Assembly (NCBI GenBank): GCA_008636045.1
Contig: SNRW01000022.1
Span: 1-40,608 of the forward strand
Reading direction: 5' to 3'
DNA: 40,608 nt
Source of the DNA: Streblomastix strix
Lineage: Eukaryota
In this document: piece after piece, positions 11,410 through 24,689 of the stretch
Position numbering within the stretch: position 1 is the first letter of the stretch
Layout of the letters: each line of letters opens with the position of its first letter
Translations under genes and position numbers: made by a program
The notes under the pieces: generated by a model
What the model saw: the letters and a program-made list of their open reading frames with translations, nothing else
The model's database searches: none
What the model was told of the DNA's origin: nothing

Positions 11410-13122
11410 ATGAATAGATTCTTAATGAAAGCCATACATTTACAACAAGAAGGGACCATTGAGGAAATATTATTAAGTAATGCCGTTGTTCAATTTACTA
11501 ATCACGGAGAACATCATTATTCAATCAAGGAAATCAAACCAAAATCATAAATGCCAGCGTTATTTGATAAAGAAATAATCATTAGTTTATTAGACATAGA
11601 CCATGACATCACATAGATATAAAATTCGTTCTTGGCGATAGTACTAACGGTTAATATCTAATTTGATGATAAATTTGATAAAATTGACGAATCATATAAA
11701 GATGGATTGGATCTATTTGTAAGTCTCAAATCAGGTTCAAATCTTATTAGAAAATACACCATCTATCATAGAGGTAAATCTAACGATGGAAGTCCATAGA
11801 ATGACGAAACAACTTAATCATTTAGTTATTACACAATCAAGCCAAAATGTGAGAAAAATAATAGAAAACATATTCATTCCTTTTATGAGTATATTAATAA
11901 ATTCGAAACGTCAGCGTGTGGAACATACATAAGTATGCGAGAGATTGATGAGATAATAGGAAATCAAACAGCAGTTCCATACACAATTCCAATACGCTTC
12001 AGAGTAAGCATTCCACTTGATGACTTCTTAATATTCTCTGCATTTACTGATTATCCTAATGGCATATTTAGTGGTTTAAAAATAAATTTCAAAATAAATC
12101 CTCATGGATTCGTTTTCTGTCAGGTGAATCTAATTATTTCAATGGCTAAATATTATACAATGAATAAAGATGAGTTATTGGGTAGTAGTCATTTGAAATT
12201 AATGGATATCGATTTGATTTTCAGAAATTGGAGTCTGACATTCTAATATGCCAAATAATTTACGTAATTAGGATGCACTGCTGAATTGATAACAGGACTA
12301 CATGCGGAACTACTTACTGACTCAGGATTGAAAAACTTAGTATGCGACATTAAACCCGTTACCATAAGCATAAAAAATTATATCTTAACAGAGGTGACCG
12401 CTAACATGGCGCGTTATAAAGCTACTGATGCATGCCTTAATCGAGTCCGTTAATTCTACAGCTAACGTCCATTTGTTGTTGCCGCTCAACGTGTGGAAGT
12501 ATGGCCATTTCCAACAAGTGCCACATTAACGGGAATACAAACATCTTAAAATATTCCTCTGTCTCATGTAACCGATTTCTGTCTTCTATTTCCGAAAGAT
12601 GCTAGAGCTACGACTTGCATTGAAAATCCTTGCTATCAGAACATGCAAGTAACCACCTGCGGACGTAATTTCCCCGATATGTCTATGAATACGTTTGACC
12701 AATAATTCTTCTAATTATAACTCAATGCGTCAATTCTTGACCCAATATTCGAAGCTAATGATGAATTTGAACATATTTTGACAACACCAAGAAATACAGC
12801 GACTCGAAGACTTAATTGTCACAATGATTTAACAAGCTTTTTAATAACCTTTTAATGTGAGAGGAACAGCAACGGAGCACTAACATTCGATGGACTAGAC
12901 ATTCAGAACTAAAACACATCTTTCAAACTCGGAAGAGCACCAATATATCAAGGAGCAACAGATTCATACTACAATGTAGATACAAGTTGAAAGAGACCAC
13001 CACTTCTTATTTTATATTCATTTCATGATGCATTTTGGTTGTTCTCACCCGCAGCGGGTGGAAGCTGCATATATGATACTAACCATTCAATTGATGAGGT
13101 AATTGGACCACTTGTTTCTTGA
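11410..13122 (+). pseudogene. Putative double jelly-roll major capsid protein (~570 aa; one internal TGA at 12988)
   Basis: Single 571-codon code-6 frame, beta-rich. LFVSLKSGSNLIRKYTIYHRG, SACGTYISM and IPLDDFLIFSAF are collinear with motifs in 29281-31282. The MCP assignment is inferred from size, composition and context. Confidence 0.65.
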
Positions 13123-13237
13123 AAGCTTTTTTTATTTTTTTAATTATATATATAACTAACACCTAAACATTAATATAGTTAATTAAATAGATCATTAGTT
13201 ATATTTCCATTAATTATTTTTTATTTTTTTATAAAAA

Positions 13238-13670
13238 ATGGCTTCAAAAATATGACATCAACATAAAACTTAAAATATTGCACTTTAACATAAAACGATG
13301 GAGTTGTTATTGCATAGAACGATTAGTACGGTTAAATGATCGGAGTAGGTTTTGCATTACCATACGCGTTTGTAAATTCTGATAATTAAAGAAAAATATT
13401 ATTCTGCTAATGTCTTTGTTCAAACTAAGGCTTTGATGCAGACATAAGCGTTCATAGTTCGATGGTTCTAGATGAATAATATTTCGATTAGTTTGTAGGT
13501 TATTATAATGAATAACGGGTTTATAAGCCATTCATACAATACAACCACAACAGATATTTATATGTATTGTTCCGTTAAAATTAAGAATTTTTGGATATAA
13601 ATTAAAATTAATTAAAACTTGTCCTTGAGTTGATGCTGGAATATTGAAAAAGTTGCTGGCTCAAAAATGA
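13238..13670 (+). pseudogene. Hypothetical beta-rich protein directly after the MCP (possible minor capsid protein)
   Basis: Frameshifted frame KYDININLKYCTLTQNDGVVIAQNDQYGQMIGVGFALPYAF...KILFCQCLC.... Function is guessed only from position and size. Confidence 0.35.
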
Positions 13671-13831
13671 ACTAGCCCATTGACGCGTATATTTATGTTC
13701 AAATCATCGGGCCGCGCTACGGATTAAAATCACCCCCAGAAAAATAATAAAAACAGTTAATGTTCAAACAAATACGATTTTAAAATTAATCGTTTTATTT
13801 TTATATAAATTCAACTTTTTTTTTATATAAA

Positions 13832-15130
13832 TTGGAGTCATCGGTAAGCATTGATGGCAAAGAAGAACTTATCACAAAATCATATAAAGGAATTGAAATA
13901 ATTGCTAGAAAATCAGATGGATATTTAAATGCTTCTAAAATGGTTGTTTCATTAAAGAAAAGCGAACGAAGCAAAATTGATTCGTTATTCAAGTAAAGGT
14001 TATGGATTGAATTCTTTGAATATTTCAAGGAAAAAATCTCTGAAAATATGACCTCCAAAATTTTGGAGGTCATTTATATCGAATAAAAAAAGTCTATATT
14101 CAACAGATTTCAGAGGATGATATGTACATCCTAAATTAATTAATTACATAGCTAATTGGGCATCCCCAAAGTACGCATATACACTTAGAGAAATTATGGA
14201 TGTAATTAATGGACATATATATGTTGCATTCCAAGAAGCATATCAATAAGATGATTAGACATCCAAGACAGATATTGCAAACGAATAAATTTAAATAGTA
14301 TAGTAAAATCTGGCTAATTCGCACTACCATCAGCAAAAAAATGCGAGTGCGAATTAAGTTAATTCGCACTTTTATAAGTAAAAAAATCAAAAAATATTTT
14401 TTAAATTTTAAAAAAATAACTATTTTTTCGATTTTTTTTAAAACTATAAAAAAAATTTATACTTTTGAAAATTTTATATATGATATTGTATAAACAGTAA
14501 TTTATATTAATAAACTTTAAATATTTACATTAAATATTAAAATTTTTCATAATTAATTTAAGAAACAAAAATTATTTTTCTAAATTTGTTAGGTTTTAAG
14601 TGCGAATTATAAAATTTTAGTACGAATTATCTCTAAGAAATTAATAGAGAAACAGTGACATTTCCTCAAATAATATAATAATGCGAATTATACATATGGT
14701 GCGAATTAACCGGTGTGCGAATTAACCGGATTATACTGTAATTGTAGAATAAAAAATAATAATTGATTAAAATGAAAATGAAATAAACCAACTGAAGCCA
14801 AGAGCAGTACCACAAGGCAAAGAAATCGCTTATGTACTAGCCGTTCAATATATAGAAGTTGATGATAATAATAATACAATTTTAAAAGTTCATAGAAGAA
14901 ATAAGAAATGCATTAGTCGTAAATTGATGCAAGAATTTAAAGATGCATTGTTGAATTATGATTAAGAATATGTTGCTTTGCCCAAAAATTAGGCCATTAA
15001 AGAAAATTTAAATAAAAATATAAAAGGTATTTAATTTAAAGGAACTAAGTATATATTTAATGAAGATATAACTGATGATATTATAAATAAAATAAAAGAA
15101 TTTATGAATACATAACCTGAACACAAATGA
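13832..15130 (+). pseudogene. KilA-N domain protein, interrupted by a MITE
   Basis: IIARKSDGYLNASKM...FRG*YVHPKLINYIANWASPKYA is the KilA-N signature. The frame resumes after the MITE (IV|IVEQK...LKPRAVPQGK) and runs to TGA at 15128. Confidence 0.88.
14301..14738. mobile_element. Tc1/mariner(pogo)-type MITE (438 bp), 24-bp TIR, TA target-site duplication
   Basis: TA|TAGTAAAATCTGGCTAATTCGCAC ... GTGCGAATTAACCGGATTATACTG|TA (20/24 match). Multiple internal TGCGAATTA subterminal motifs. Excision restores the KilA-N frame. Confidence 0.92.
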
Positions 15131-15509
15131 ACGACATTATTTATTTTATTTTTGCAGAAATTAAATGGAAAGAATATTATTTGATAACAGAAAAAACAAT
15201 AAATTTACTTCAAAATTATATATAGAAACGGATGAATAAGAAGAAATACCACTCGAGGATGGGGTCGAAGGACATAAATATTTTGAGATTTTAAACGATT
15301 TCAAATAATTTATTTCCCAAAATTAATAATAATTATCTAAACTAACAACGTAAAAATTAAATAAATTATATAAATTGGACGGCAATAAGTTATCAAAAAT
15401 TGAAGGTCAAGTATGTATATGAACTTGTGCCAAAGACTAATTGAATAGGATTGAGTATAAATTAGACTAGTTTTTGGATGTTCTGAATCATTTGGTTTAA
15501 GCGCTGAAA

Positions 15510-15607
15510 TGAATGATTTTTGACTGCACCGAGTGCATCGAGTACATCGAGTCAGAAACTTTCATCAAAAACTGCTGCCAAACTGCCATTCTGCCAGAAA
15601 TGAAAAA
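15510..15607 (+). repeat. ~90-bp intergenic repeat, copy D
   Basis: TGAATGATTTTTGACTGCACCGAGTGCATCGAGTACATCGAGTCAGAAACTTTCATCAAAAACTGCTGCCAAACTGCCATTCTGCCAGAAA. Confidence 0.9.
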
Positions 15608-15639
15608 CAATAATAAAAATAAATAATGTTCAAACGTTT

Positions 15640-16429
15640 TCAGATTATTTTGACTACTGTCCCACTCATTTCATATTATACCACTAATGCTTATTATTTA
15701 GTTAGTCGTACGTACTCTTACCATATTATTTCTTTATCTGATGGTACAGAATATTATTAGAAGAATTAATTAAATTTTAAACTGTTAAAAGAACCGAAGA
15801 ACCGTAATGAATCAAGATTTGAATTAATCGTAGTATCTAAACCAATTATGTCCTATAAGCAAAGGAAGTATGTTATTCTGGGTTATCTGTTCTTAAATAA
15901 CATTTTAAACAATAGATTAGTTTTACTTTTAAATATATTCATTGCATCGTCAAATAAAACAATTGAATGAGGAAATTTTACATTAAAATTACCTTCTCCA
16001 CATGATTTAAATATATTGATTAATATATCATTATTTGATTCTTCCGTTAGCTGATTTTATAATTATTTTTCTTAACTTTCATCGTACGCTTATGTACATT
16101 TAATCAAATCATTTAGCACTTGATCTGGATCGACATATGGAATAATTTTTGTAGGAATTTTAATCAAATATTTCATCTTTTTTTAAATATGGTCATTATT
16201 TGAATCGCTGATGTATATGAATAATGTATAACAATGTTTTTTTTAATTAGCGTAATTTAATTTGCTCCTTGAAGACATTATATGTCTTGCAACTGCCATG
16301 CTAACCTATCAATAAATTTACTGAGTTATATGTAAAATTTAACTATTTATGAATAATTTTTTAAATTTTATACTTATTCACTTTTATTTCATTTAACGTA
16401 TTATCTACTTTTTATGTTTAACACGCCAT
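15640..16429 (-). pseudogene. A32-like FtsK/HerA DNA packaging ATPase (frameshift in poly-A near 16240)
   Basis: Walker A LIGQHGSCKT (degenerate), Walker B IVLFDDA, and arginine finger/sensor KNRQPRITYFLCLQD. Confidence 0.85.
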
Positions 16430-16470
16430 TTTTATATAATAAAACATATTTTTTATCAGTTATAAATAGA

Positions 16471-17543
16471 ATGTCGGGAATTGATTCAAATGAATTTGAA
16501 AAAGAAGCAAGAGAAGAATTTGTGGCAAAAAAAGCTAAGGTGCTGGAGGTACGGGGGGGATGATGGAAATTGATGGAATGGAAGATGATTATAATTATTA
16601 TGAATCAAAAATTCCAAGATAAGACAGAATGAAATCACGAGCAAAACCGTTTGGTAGGCTGCCGTTCCATCCATCGATGATTCAAAGAACAAGAAAGCAT
16701 GGAGGTCCATAATTTAGAGAAGAGGCGAGAGATGTTCTTGCTACACTTGTCGGTTATTTGAACAGAGATATTAAAAAAATTAGGAGGTTATTGTCTGCCA
16801 TCAATGCCCAAAAATATGTATAAGATAAACATTTATACAAATGATTTAGTATATTGGAATAGGACTTAGATGATAATCAAGTCACTTCTGATAATGTGTT
16901 TGTTTTTGATAAGAAAAAGAACGCAATTTATGCAGTCGATGGTTATACAACAGCCGTAGGATTCGGCGACCCAGAGCATTAGCATAAAAGAAATTGGAAG
17001 AAAAAATATAATTCAGACGTTAATGATTTAGAATGAGCTGCATTATCTGCAAAATTAAAACAATAAAGAATAAAAGGCAGTGCGTACATGAAATGGCTAT
17101 CAATGACTAAGCCGCATAAAGAGAGAGAAATAAAAGCTAATAGTTTCAGAGCATTCATAATCATTGCAAAAAAGTTTATAAATGAAAATGGAGGCGCATA
17201 ATTGCCAATGGCTATCAAACAATAAATAATCGCATCTGCTTAGAATTCAGTAATTATTAATCCTGCTATAGAAATATTAGAGAGACAAGAAGGATAAATT
17301 GACATATATAACAAAAGCAATAAAGCAAATATAACATCCGAAGATTACGAATATTTACCAATTGCTAAAAGTTTGCATAAGAAAGAATTGGCTGCAGTTA
17401 TTACTCAATTATATCAAGCCGACGATATTGATGCTAGAATTAAGGAAGCACTTGGATAGGCCATGTAATATTATGGCCAAATTCTAACAAATAGATAATA
17501 ATAAATAGGTGGTTTCGATTTAGCTAAATATAAATTCAAATGA
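16471..17543 (+). pseudogene. Hypothetical Maverick protein (~350 aa, internal TGAs/frameshift)
   Basis: Long code-6 frame with QDLDDNQVTSDNVFVFD...IYAVDGY and a helical C-terminus. No family recognised. Confidence 0.5.
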
Positions 17544-17560
17544 TTAAGCATAAATTTATT

Positions 17561-17640
17561 TTTCTCAATTATTGGCCAGTTGTCCAGTTGGCCACAGCTT
17601 TTTATAAAAGTTTTTGACCCTATGCACTCGATGCACTCAA
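17561..17640 (-). repeat. ~90-bp intergenic repeat, diverged copy E
   Basis: Reverse complement is TTGAGTGCATCGAGTGCATAGGGTCAAAAACTTTTATAAAAAGCTGTGGCCAACTGGACAACTGGCCAAT. Confidence 0.65.
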
Positions 17641-17728
17641 CAATCCAATTTATTGGTGTAATTATTTTTTTATTTTTAATTTAAATAAATGACAGATAAA
17701 TAAGGGGTATGACTCATAAAGATGAGGC

Positions 17729-18480
17729 ATGCCTCCGATTGTTCCTCCGATTACGCCACAGATTCAAGCTCTACCAGAGCTATAATCTCTTAATTAATCG
17801 TCTATATAAACGCAATCATAATTGATGTAAATGTAGGACAATATTACATAAATGCAAACATGCAACTACTAGCCATCACCAGAATTATAAATAGCGCATC
17901 AACAAAAGTAAATGATATAAATGCAGAATTATATTACGTAAATGTAAGCACATAATTACCAATTATCGCCTGAACTGCAACCCGAACAACAGGACGGAGC
18001 TCACGATATGCGGGTAAATTATCAACTGAATTTAAGGTACTAAAAAACTAGCACCAGAAATAATAAGAGAATTAATGACTTTGTATGACCTTGAAATTTA
18101 ATAGAAAATAAACATTAATGAGTTATGGTCATAGTTTTCATTAATTTTAGATAAAATTCATTTAGAAAAGGGCAGAAAAAATAGAGATATAGTTCGAAAT
18201 GCCATATTATAATCAAGACCATTTGCATAATGAATCAGATAAGATACATAAATAGACCTTCAAATTGAAGAAATAATTGGTAAAGTTTATGCGTAATAAT
18301 TTGCGCAAGAATAGAATAGCATATAGCATATGAACGCTTAAGACGAATAGAGCAAACAGCACAATCAATAATGGGAGCAAGTGATGGAAGATTAACGAGT
18401 CACAAATGCAAAACTATTAAAAGAAATTAAAGAATAAAAAATAAAACCTTAAATAAAAATAAAAATGAGAATGTGTTCAA
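17729..18480 (+). pseudogene. Gln-rich ORF, probably the N-terminal extension of the pPolB gene
   Basis: MPPIVPPITPQIQALPELQ... contains a 30-aa duplication (QLMQMQDNITQMQTCNYQPSPELQ / QMIQMQNYITQMQAHNYQLSPELQ). It runs up to the pPolB frame and has internal TGAs. Confidence 0.45.
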
Positions 18481-21400
18481 AAATGTTAAAGATGAAATAA
18501 GAGAATTTAATGATGATCATAATGATAAGAATTATAAGCTAATTAACACCCTGCAGAATACGATTATTTTATGCGCTCCACAACTCGAGGAAGTTTATGA
18601 AAGAAGAATTAATCATGAGCGAAAATATATATAAATTTGATATGTCAAATATGACTCATTCTATATTCATACAATCAGCCCTATAAAAGAATATTAAAAA
18701 AATGATTTGAAAACGATTGAAGATTTTGATGCTTATTTAAATGAAATATATTAGTGCGAATAAAAATTTGCGTTCAAAATTGCATTTGATTTTGGAGTGA
18801 TTATTAAACGAATCAATGGTTAAGAAAATGAATTACAAATAATCTATACAATGTTTCGTCCTCTTGAAGTTAGAACAGAGATGAGAGCACCGACAACTAT
18901 ACGCTACCAAATGAACCTTGCGAAATATAAAAGATTCATTAAAAACCACATTATTCAAATGTAAGAGCGAACCATTATGGAAATCAAAGAGAAAATAGTA
19001 GGTATATTTACAATAATGATTTTAGAGTTTAGACTTCCACATGCAGATGCTGAGGGCGGTCGAACAATACCCTTATTAAAGAAGCATATTATGAGGCGAG
19101 AGATTCGATATGTTGACCCTGAGAAAAATAATTAAAATTTATGTTTCTTTCTAGCATATTCATTTATTACAATGCTAGACATTAAGGCAGATGTTGCTGC
19201 TGATGGTTCCGCTATTGCTGCTAAGCGTTATAAGCAACATTCACATATTGCAGAAGCAAAACGATTATTTTAAAGAATATATGGAAAAATAATTGATGAT
19301 ATTTATTAAAGATCTAATTTTTCAATGGAAGTAGAATAATTTATTTTAAATGAAAATTTAAATATTAATATATTCGCATATGAATAAACAACTGCAAAAT
19401 CAACGGTAACCAATTCTTAAAGTTAAAATCTATGAAAATTATATAGAAGAAATGAATAAAATGAATAAAAAAAGAATTTAATGTACTTTTAATAACAGAC
19501 ACAATCGACGAACGATAAACAGCTCACATTTTTTAAATCAATGATGTTGAGGCATTAACTTGTTTAAAATATTGTTCTATCTGTGGAGTGTAAGCCTATA
19601 AGACCAAAGATTCAAATTTGTGATCAAAATTAAAAGGCAGATATAAAAATGTTAAAAAAATGTAGGAAAGATAGTAAAAAAAGTATATTTAGAAAAATTT
19701 TCAAGGCCTTATGTTCCTCATATATTGAATAATATTAGTTATAAGTATCTTCTGGTGCATGGTCGAGAGGATGAATTTAAACCTACTAAATATTATATAA
19801 CTTATGATATTGAAACCATAGAAAGAATCATCAATGAATAATTTGGTGATAATTCAAAATAAATTTCAATACTTGAACCTCTTTCGATTGCAAGCACAAT
19901 AAAAATAAAAAAGAAAGTCATTAATGGTTCAAATAACGGTTCCATTGATTAAATTTATTCGATTTATTTTGACATTCGAACCTCTAATTTTATTAATGTA
20001 TGGATAAAATAGTTGCTTAAGGAAGCCAGAAAAGTTATTGATTCAAACAAATATGAAGATGAGACGATACCTAAGCTTTATGAGGTATCTGTTATTAGTT
20101 TCAATTCTTCAAAGTTTGATGTAGCTTTGGTTCTAAAAAATTTATAAAGTGATGAACGGCAAATCATTAAATATCTTAGTAGTGGTTCAAACGCTAAATA
20201 AATCATTGTTAAACATAACATAACAGGAATCATATTGCGGTTCAATGAAGAAATGAATTATTATACAAAATTAAAATTGAAATAATTAATAAAAGATTTC
20301 ATACCAAAAGCAGCGAAGTCAACATCAACATAAACCGTTAATGTATTGAATCAGCGCTTAATACCTATCAAGTTAAAATTTCCATATGAATTCATCAACT
20401 ACGATAATTATATTTAAGAACTAGATAAATCAGAACCATTTCCGATTGAAATGTTTAATAATACAATCAAAAATAAAAATATGAGTCAAAAAAAATAATA
20501 AAATTATTTATCTATTACTTAATAATTTTCGAACAGATGGTATTACTTTCGACACTATAACCTTGAAGATTCTCGCTTAATGATTCAGCAGTTGAATTAC
20601 TTAATCGATATGTTCTTTAATTAAAAAATTGACAAGTTGTAGTTTATGTCGATGTCAGCATGCGCAAATGCTATTAAATATGTTCTTGCTTATAGTGACT
20701 TCAAACTGGATTAAGATTACACACCAAATGATGATTATGCGTCGTTCGTACTTACATAAAATTATTGGAACATTAAAGTTTAAAATTATCTGGAATAAGA
20801 TAAAAAAAGAAACAGAGACACAAGCAAACAACATCAAAGAATCAGATTGTGCGTTCTACAGAAAATTATTTCTATCAACAGGATGCCATATCTTTAAAGC
20901 TCGATTCACAAGCAAAATTCCTCCAACATTAGATAGAATCAACAACGACATGGGTCATTCTGCAGATAACGTAAAACCAAGCTGCTTATTCTATAATAAA
21001 TATAAGTCAAATAAAGATGAAAATTTCACAAGATTAATAATATAATTAAAGAATTTTTGTCTGTTGAAGTCGCTACCTAAGACAATAGTTGATGAAAAAA
21101 TTTATCAAATTTTACGTTCTGGTATCACAGGTGGATTATCGTAAGTAATGCATCGCTATAATGTTGCAGGTGAAACTAAAATAAATTAATTAAAATATGT
21201 TAATGAAAAGGTCATCTGTTGCGACACAAACCACACAATGACCCATCTTTTGACTCTAGATTTTAACTGCTAATATCCCAGTATTATGAGCTCGGAGCCG
21301 CATAAGTTCATTAAATATACGGGTAGTCGATTATACATGACGGGGCAAATATTAAATAAAATTACAGATAAATAAACAGTAAGAAATTTAATTTTCAATC

Positions 21401-22644
21401 CACAACGATTTAATGACGTTGAAGGAATGCCGTTATATATCGCTATTGTTAAAGGATACTTCGATGAATAACATATAAATGATTTTATTAATTTTCTTCC
21501 TTTATTAAGAAACGTAAATATTAAGACCGATGAAAAAACATTAGGCTCATACATGTATAATCTACTGCTGAATAATAATATGTAGCACGATAAAATTGAA
21601 CGAAAATTAACAAATTTATCATCGACACTTGAGTAATTCATGTCATTCAATAATTATTATTTATTGCATCTCATTGATGATTTTCATTTCATTATTCATG
21701 ACGTTTAATGTGTTATAACGTTCTTGAAACACGATAGATTCAATCCATTTGTTAAGGAATTTATGAGTTAAAGAATTTAGGCAATAAATGAAAAAAAATA
21801 ATGGGAAATAATTATTCTATAAATTAACTATGAACTCAAGCTATGGAAGGGATAGGATAAACCAAGAAAAATATTCGCAAACGAAATTGTTGAGCTCTGA
21901 TAAGACGTGATTGTCTCATCTTTAAGGTTTATTCGTTAATAACTAACAATAAACTGATGATTTATTTGCTGAGTAATTTAATACTGAGAGCTACAACTAC
22001 AACATATGCCTCAATTCTGCATATTTTGTGTTAGATAGTAGCAAATATTGGTATTCATAAATTTTAAATATAATTTTATGTATAATGCTTTCGATATGAA
22101 CAGAATGCATTATATTTGTGGCGATACCGATTCGATGATATGGGCAATCAGCGGCAACCCTGATGCAGAAGATGGATATAGACAGAAATTTAAATACATA
22201 TTAAAAGACCAGAATTTTTTCGATGAAAATTATTCTCTTTTCTTCTGCTAATATAAACAATTATTGGGAGTCAGTTATGAGGCAGAAGGAACGGCTTGCA
22301 TTGCTTTAGCTCCAAAAATACATTACATTTATAATCCTCTGCCTAATTAAAATGAAAAAAATTGCAATTATTGTTTGAAAGGAATAATATACAAATAAAA
22401 TGTTCATTTAAACGATGAAGCATCCAAATAATCATTAAATGGTGAATAAGTATATGTTCAAAATAATATCTTTGGTTAAAGAAATAAATTTATGTCAAAA
22501 ATATAAATAAATAATGTAGATTTATCATCAATTCATAACATAATGGTTAAATTTGAAAATCAGTGTTGCGCTCCTTTCTTATATATTAATGGATAATAAT
22601 TTAGCTCAGAAAATTATATAATTATAAATGATGAGCACTAATGA
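18480..22644 (+). pseudogene. polB: Protein-primed family B DNA polymerase (pPolB), with stops and frameshifts
   Basis: ExoI YITYDIET, ExoII FNSSKFD, KFPYEF, ExoIII HYNLED, RSGITGG, motif A LDFNCQYPS, motif B K..MNSSYG, motif C CGDTDSM and C-terminal LKG. Confidence 0.93.
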
Positions 22645-22694
22645 CAGATACTAATAATAAGCATTGAATAAGAGCGAGAAATTGATACGGTTTG

Positions 22695-22783
22695 TGAATA
22701 ACTTTTGACTGCACCGAGTGCATCGAGTGCATCGAGTCAGAAATTTTTGCAAAAAACTGCTGCCAGCTTGCCATTCTGCCAGA
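22695..22783 (+). repeat. ~90-bp intergenic repeat, copy F
   Basis: ACTTTTGACTGCACCGAGTGCATCGAGTGCATCGAGTCAGAAATTTTTGCAAAAAACTGCTGCCAGCTTGCCATTCTGCCAGA. Confidence 0.9.
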
Positions 22784-22842
22784 TTGCTAATTGATTTCAA
22801 CAGTGAATTGAACATAAATTGTTTTATTTTTTCAAGAAATAA

Positions 22843-24257
22843 ATGTAAAACGAAAATAATTTGTATGAGGATATGCTTAGGACTTTTGCAGGTGAATAAT
22901 ATCAAAGAGAAGAATATGAATTTGAAGTATAATAAGATTTCGATGATATAGCAAATAAAGTTCATTATAAAATGAGTCTATCATCGTTCATAAAAAGTAT
23001 ATTTAAAATTGCAAAGAAAAAATATGTCGATGTTATTGCAGAGAAAGCAGATGAAATAATTATTGGAAAGCGAAAAGTGACGGATTGGTATTATTGCTAT
23101 GTTTCAGTTTAGTCGTAATATGAACCATAAAAATAGAAAAATAAACAAAAAAATAAATAAATGAAAAAAGAAGCATAATAAGCGGTATAGACATCCAATC
23201 AACCATCTAGCCAGTAATACGCATCCGTTTAAGGTGGCAATAGTGAAAATATGCCTAATTTTCCTTTCAAAATTAAATTAAAATTGTTTGAAAAAATAAA
23301 TAAACATAAACATTTTAACAATCAATATTTACCTGTAAAAGATTATATATTAAAACCATTATAAAGACTACAACGACCTTATTTCTATCCAAAATTTGGG
23401 AGATGGGAAATAGATATAGTCTTTTCAATAGATTAAGACTTATATGAAAACAATGATGAATATGATGATGCTATCTTTGAATAAGATGAAATATTAAATA
23501 AAAGAAAAAAAAGAAGAAAAACAAATTTGTATCTATTTTGCATAAACATTAATGCAAAATATTTAGCTGTATATCCATTGATAGATAAATCAGCCGCATA
23601 AGTAGTCGGATAACGGTAAAAATTGATTAAAAATTATTATGCAAATAATATTCGTGATGATGGTGGAAAAGGATTTAATAGCTCGTATTTTGCTTTGTTT
23701 TGTTCATAAAATAAAATTAAAAGATATTTCACTGATTCAAATTTCACTAATCATAATAGAGTTGTCGATTCAGTTATTCGAACAATAAGGAATGCATTTG
23801 GTTATAAATTTAATTAATTTTCAACGAATCAATAAATGTAAATAGTTGTTGACATATACAATAATACGCCGCATCTTGCATTTCAAAATAAATAAAGCCC
23901 ATATTAAGTTCAATTGTCAATAGATTTAGAAGGATAATAAATATGTTCATAAATGAAGAAATTAGAGTGACAACTAGCATATAATGATAGGAGGGCATAT
24001 TATCATTTAAAGCTGGAAATAATATTTTAATGCATCTTGATTTCTAAAAAACTTAATTAAAATTTATGAAGTAAAGAAAAAATTTCAATTAGTTAGCAGA
24101 GTTTATTCGTTATGTGAATGGTAATGCATTATGCCGATTATTAAATCATTCTTATAAAATAAATATAATCAAAATACCTTCATATTATTGTAAATATATA
24201 AATGAAAATAAAGAATCTATAGCAGAATATTATGCTACTGAATTTTTATTTAGATGA
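22843..24257 (+). pseudogene. int: Retroviral-like (rve) Maverick integrase (frameshift near 23810)
   Basis: WEIDIVF...YLFCININAKYLAVYPL.DKS...NIRDDGGKGFNS...NHNRVVDSVIRTIRNAFG...YNNTPH. Paralogue at 39004-40178. Confidence 0.88.
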
Positions 24258-24308
24258 AATAAAAATAAAAATTTATTTATATATTTTTTAATTTTAATCG
24301 TCTAATAA

Positions 24309-24666
24309 ATGAAAGCTATTGAGACAATCAACGAAACAATCAACGAGACAATCGATGAAACAACATAAACAGATTCATTTAATTCGGCAATATAATGACA
24401 TCCAAAGAAATATACTGATAAAGAATAGGCAATGATTGCTGCTAGAGAGCAACGCAAAAATGCAAGATTTAGATTTAAATAAAATTAATCAAATTATGTT
24501 TATAAAGTTAATGACATGCAATTATTGATAATCAAAAAACTTAAAAAAATAATTATAAATATTAATGATTTGATAACAATTAATGAATTGATTAAAAAAA
24601 TATGATAATATAAAAGATATCAATGAAGATGCTAATGAAGACAACAACGAACAAATCAACATTTGA
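24309..24666 (+). pseudogene. Small basic putative DNA-binding protein
   Basis: ...HPKKYTDKEQAMIAAREQRK...QLLIIKKLKKIII. Similar to, and in the same position after the integrase as, 38442-38954. Internal TGA. Confidence 0.5.
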
Positions 24667-24689
24667 ACATTATTTAATTTTTATTTATT

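Noticed and set aside
15165..15500. Possible small plus-strand ORF after KilA-N
   Set aside because: Start and end are unclear, there is an internal TGA, and no similarity was recognised.
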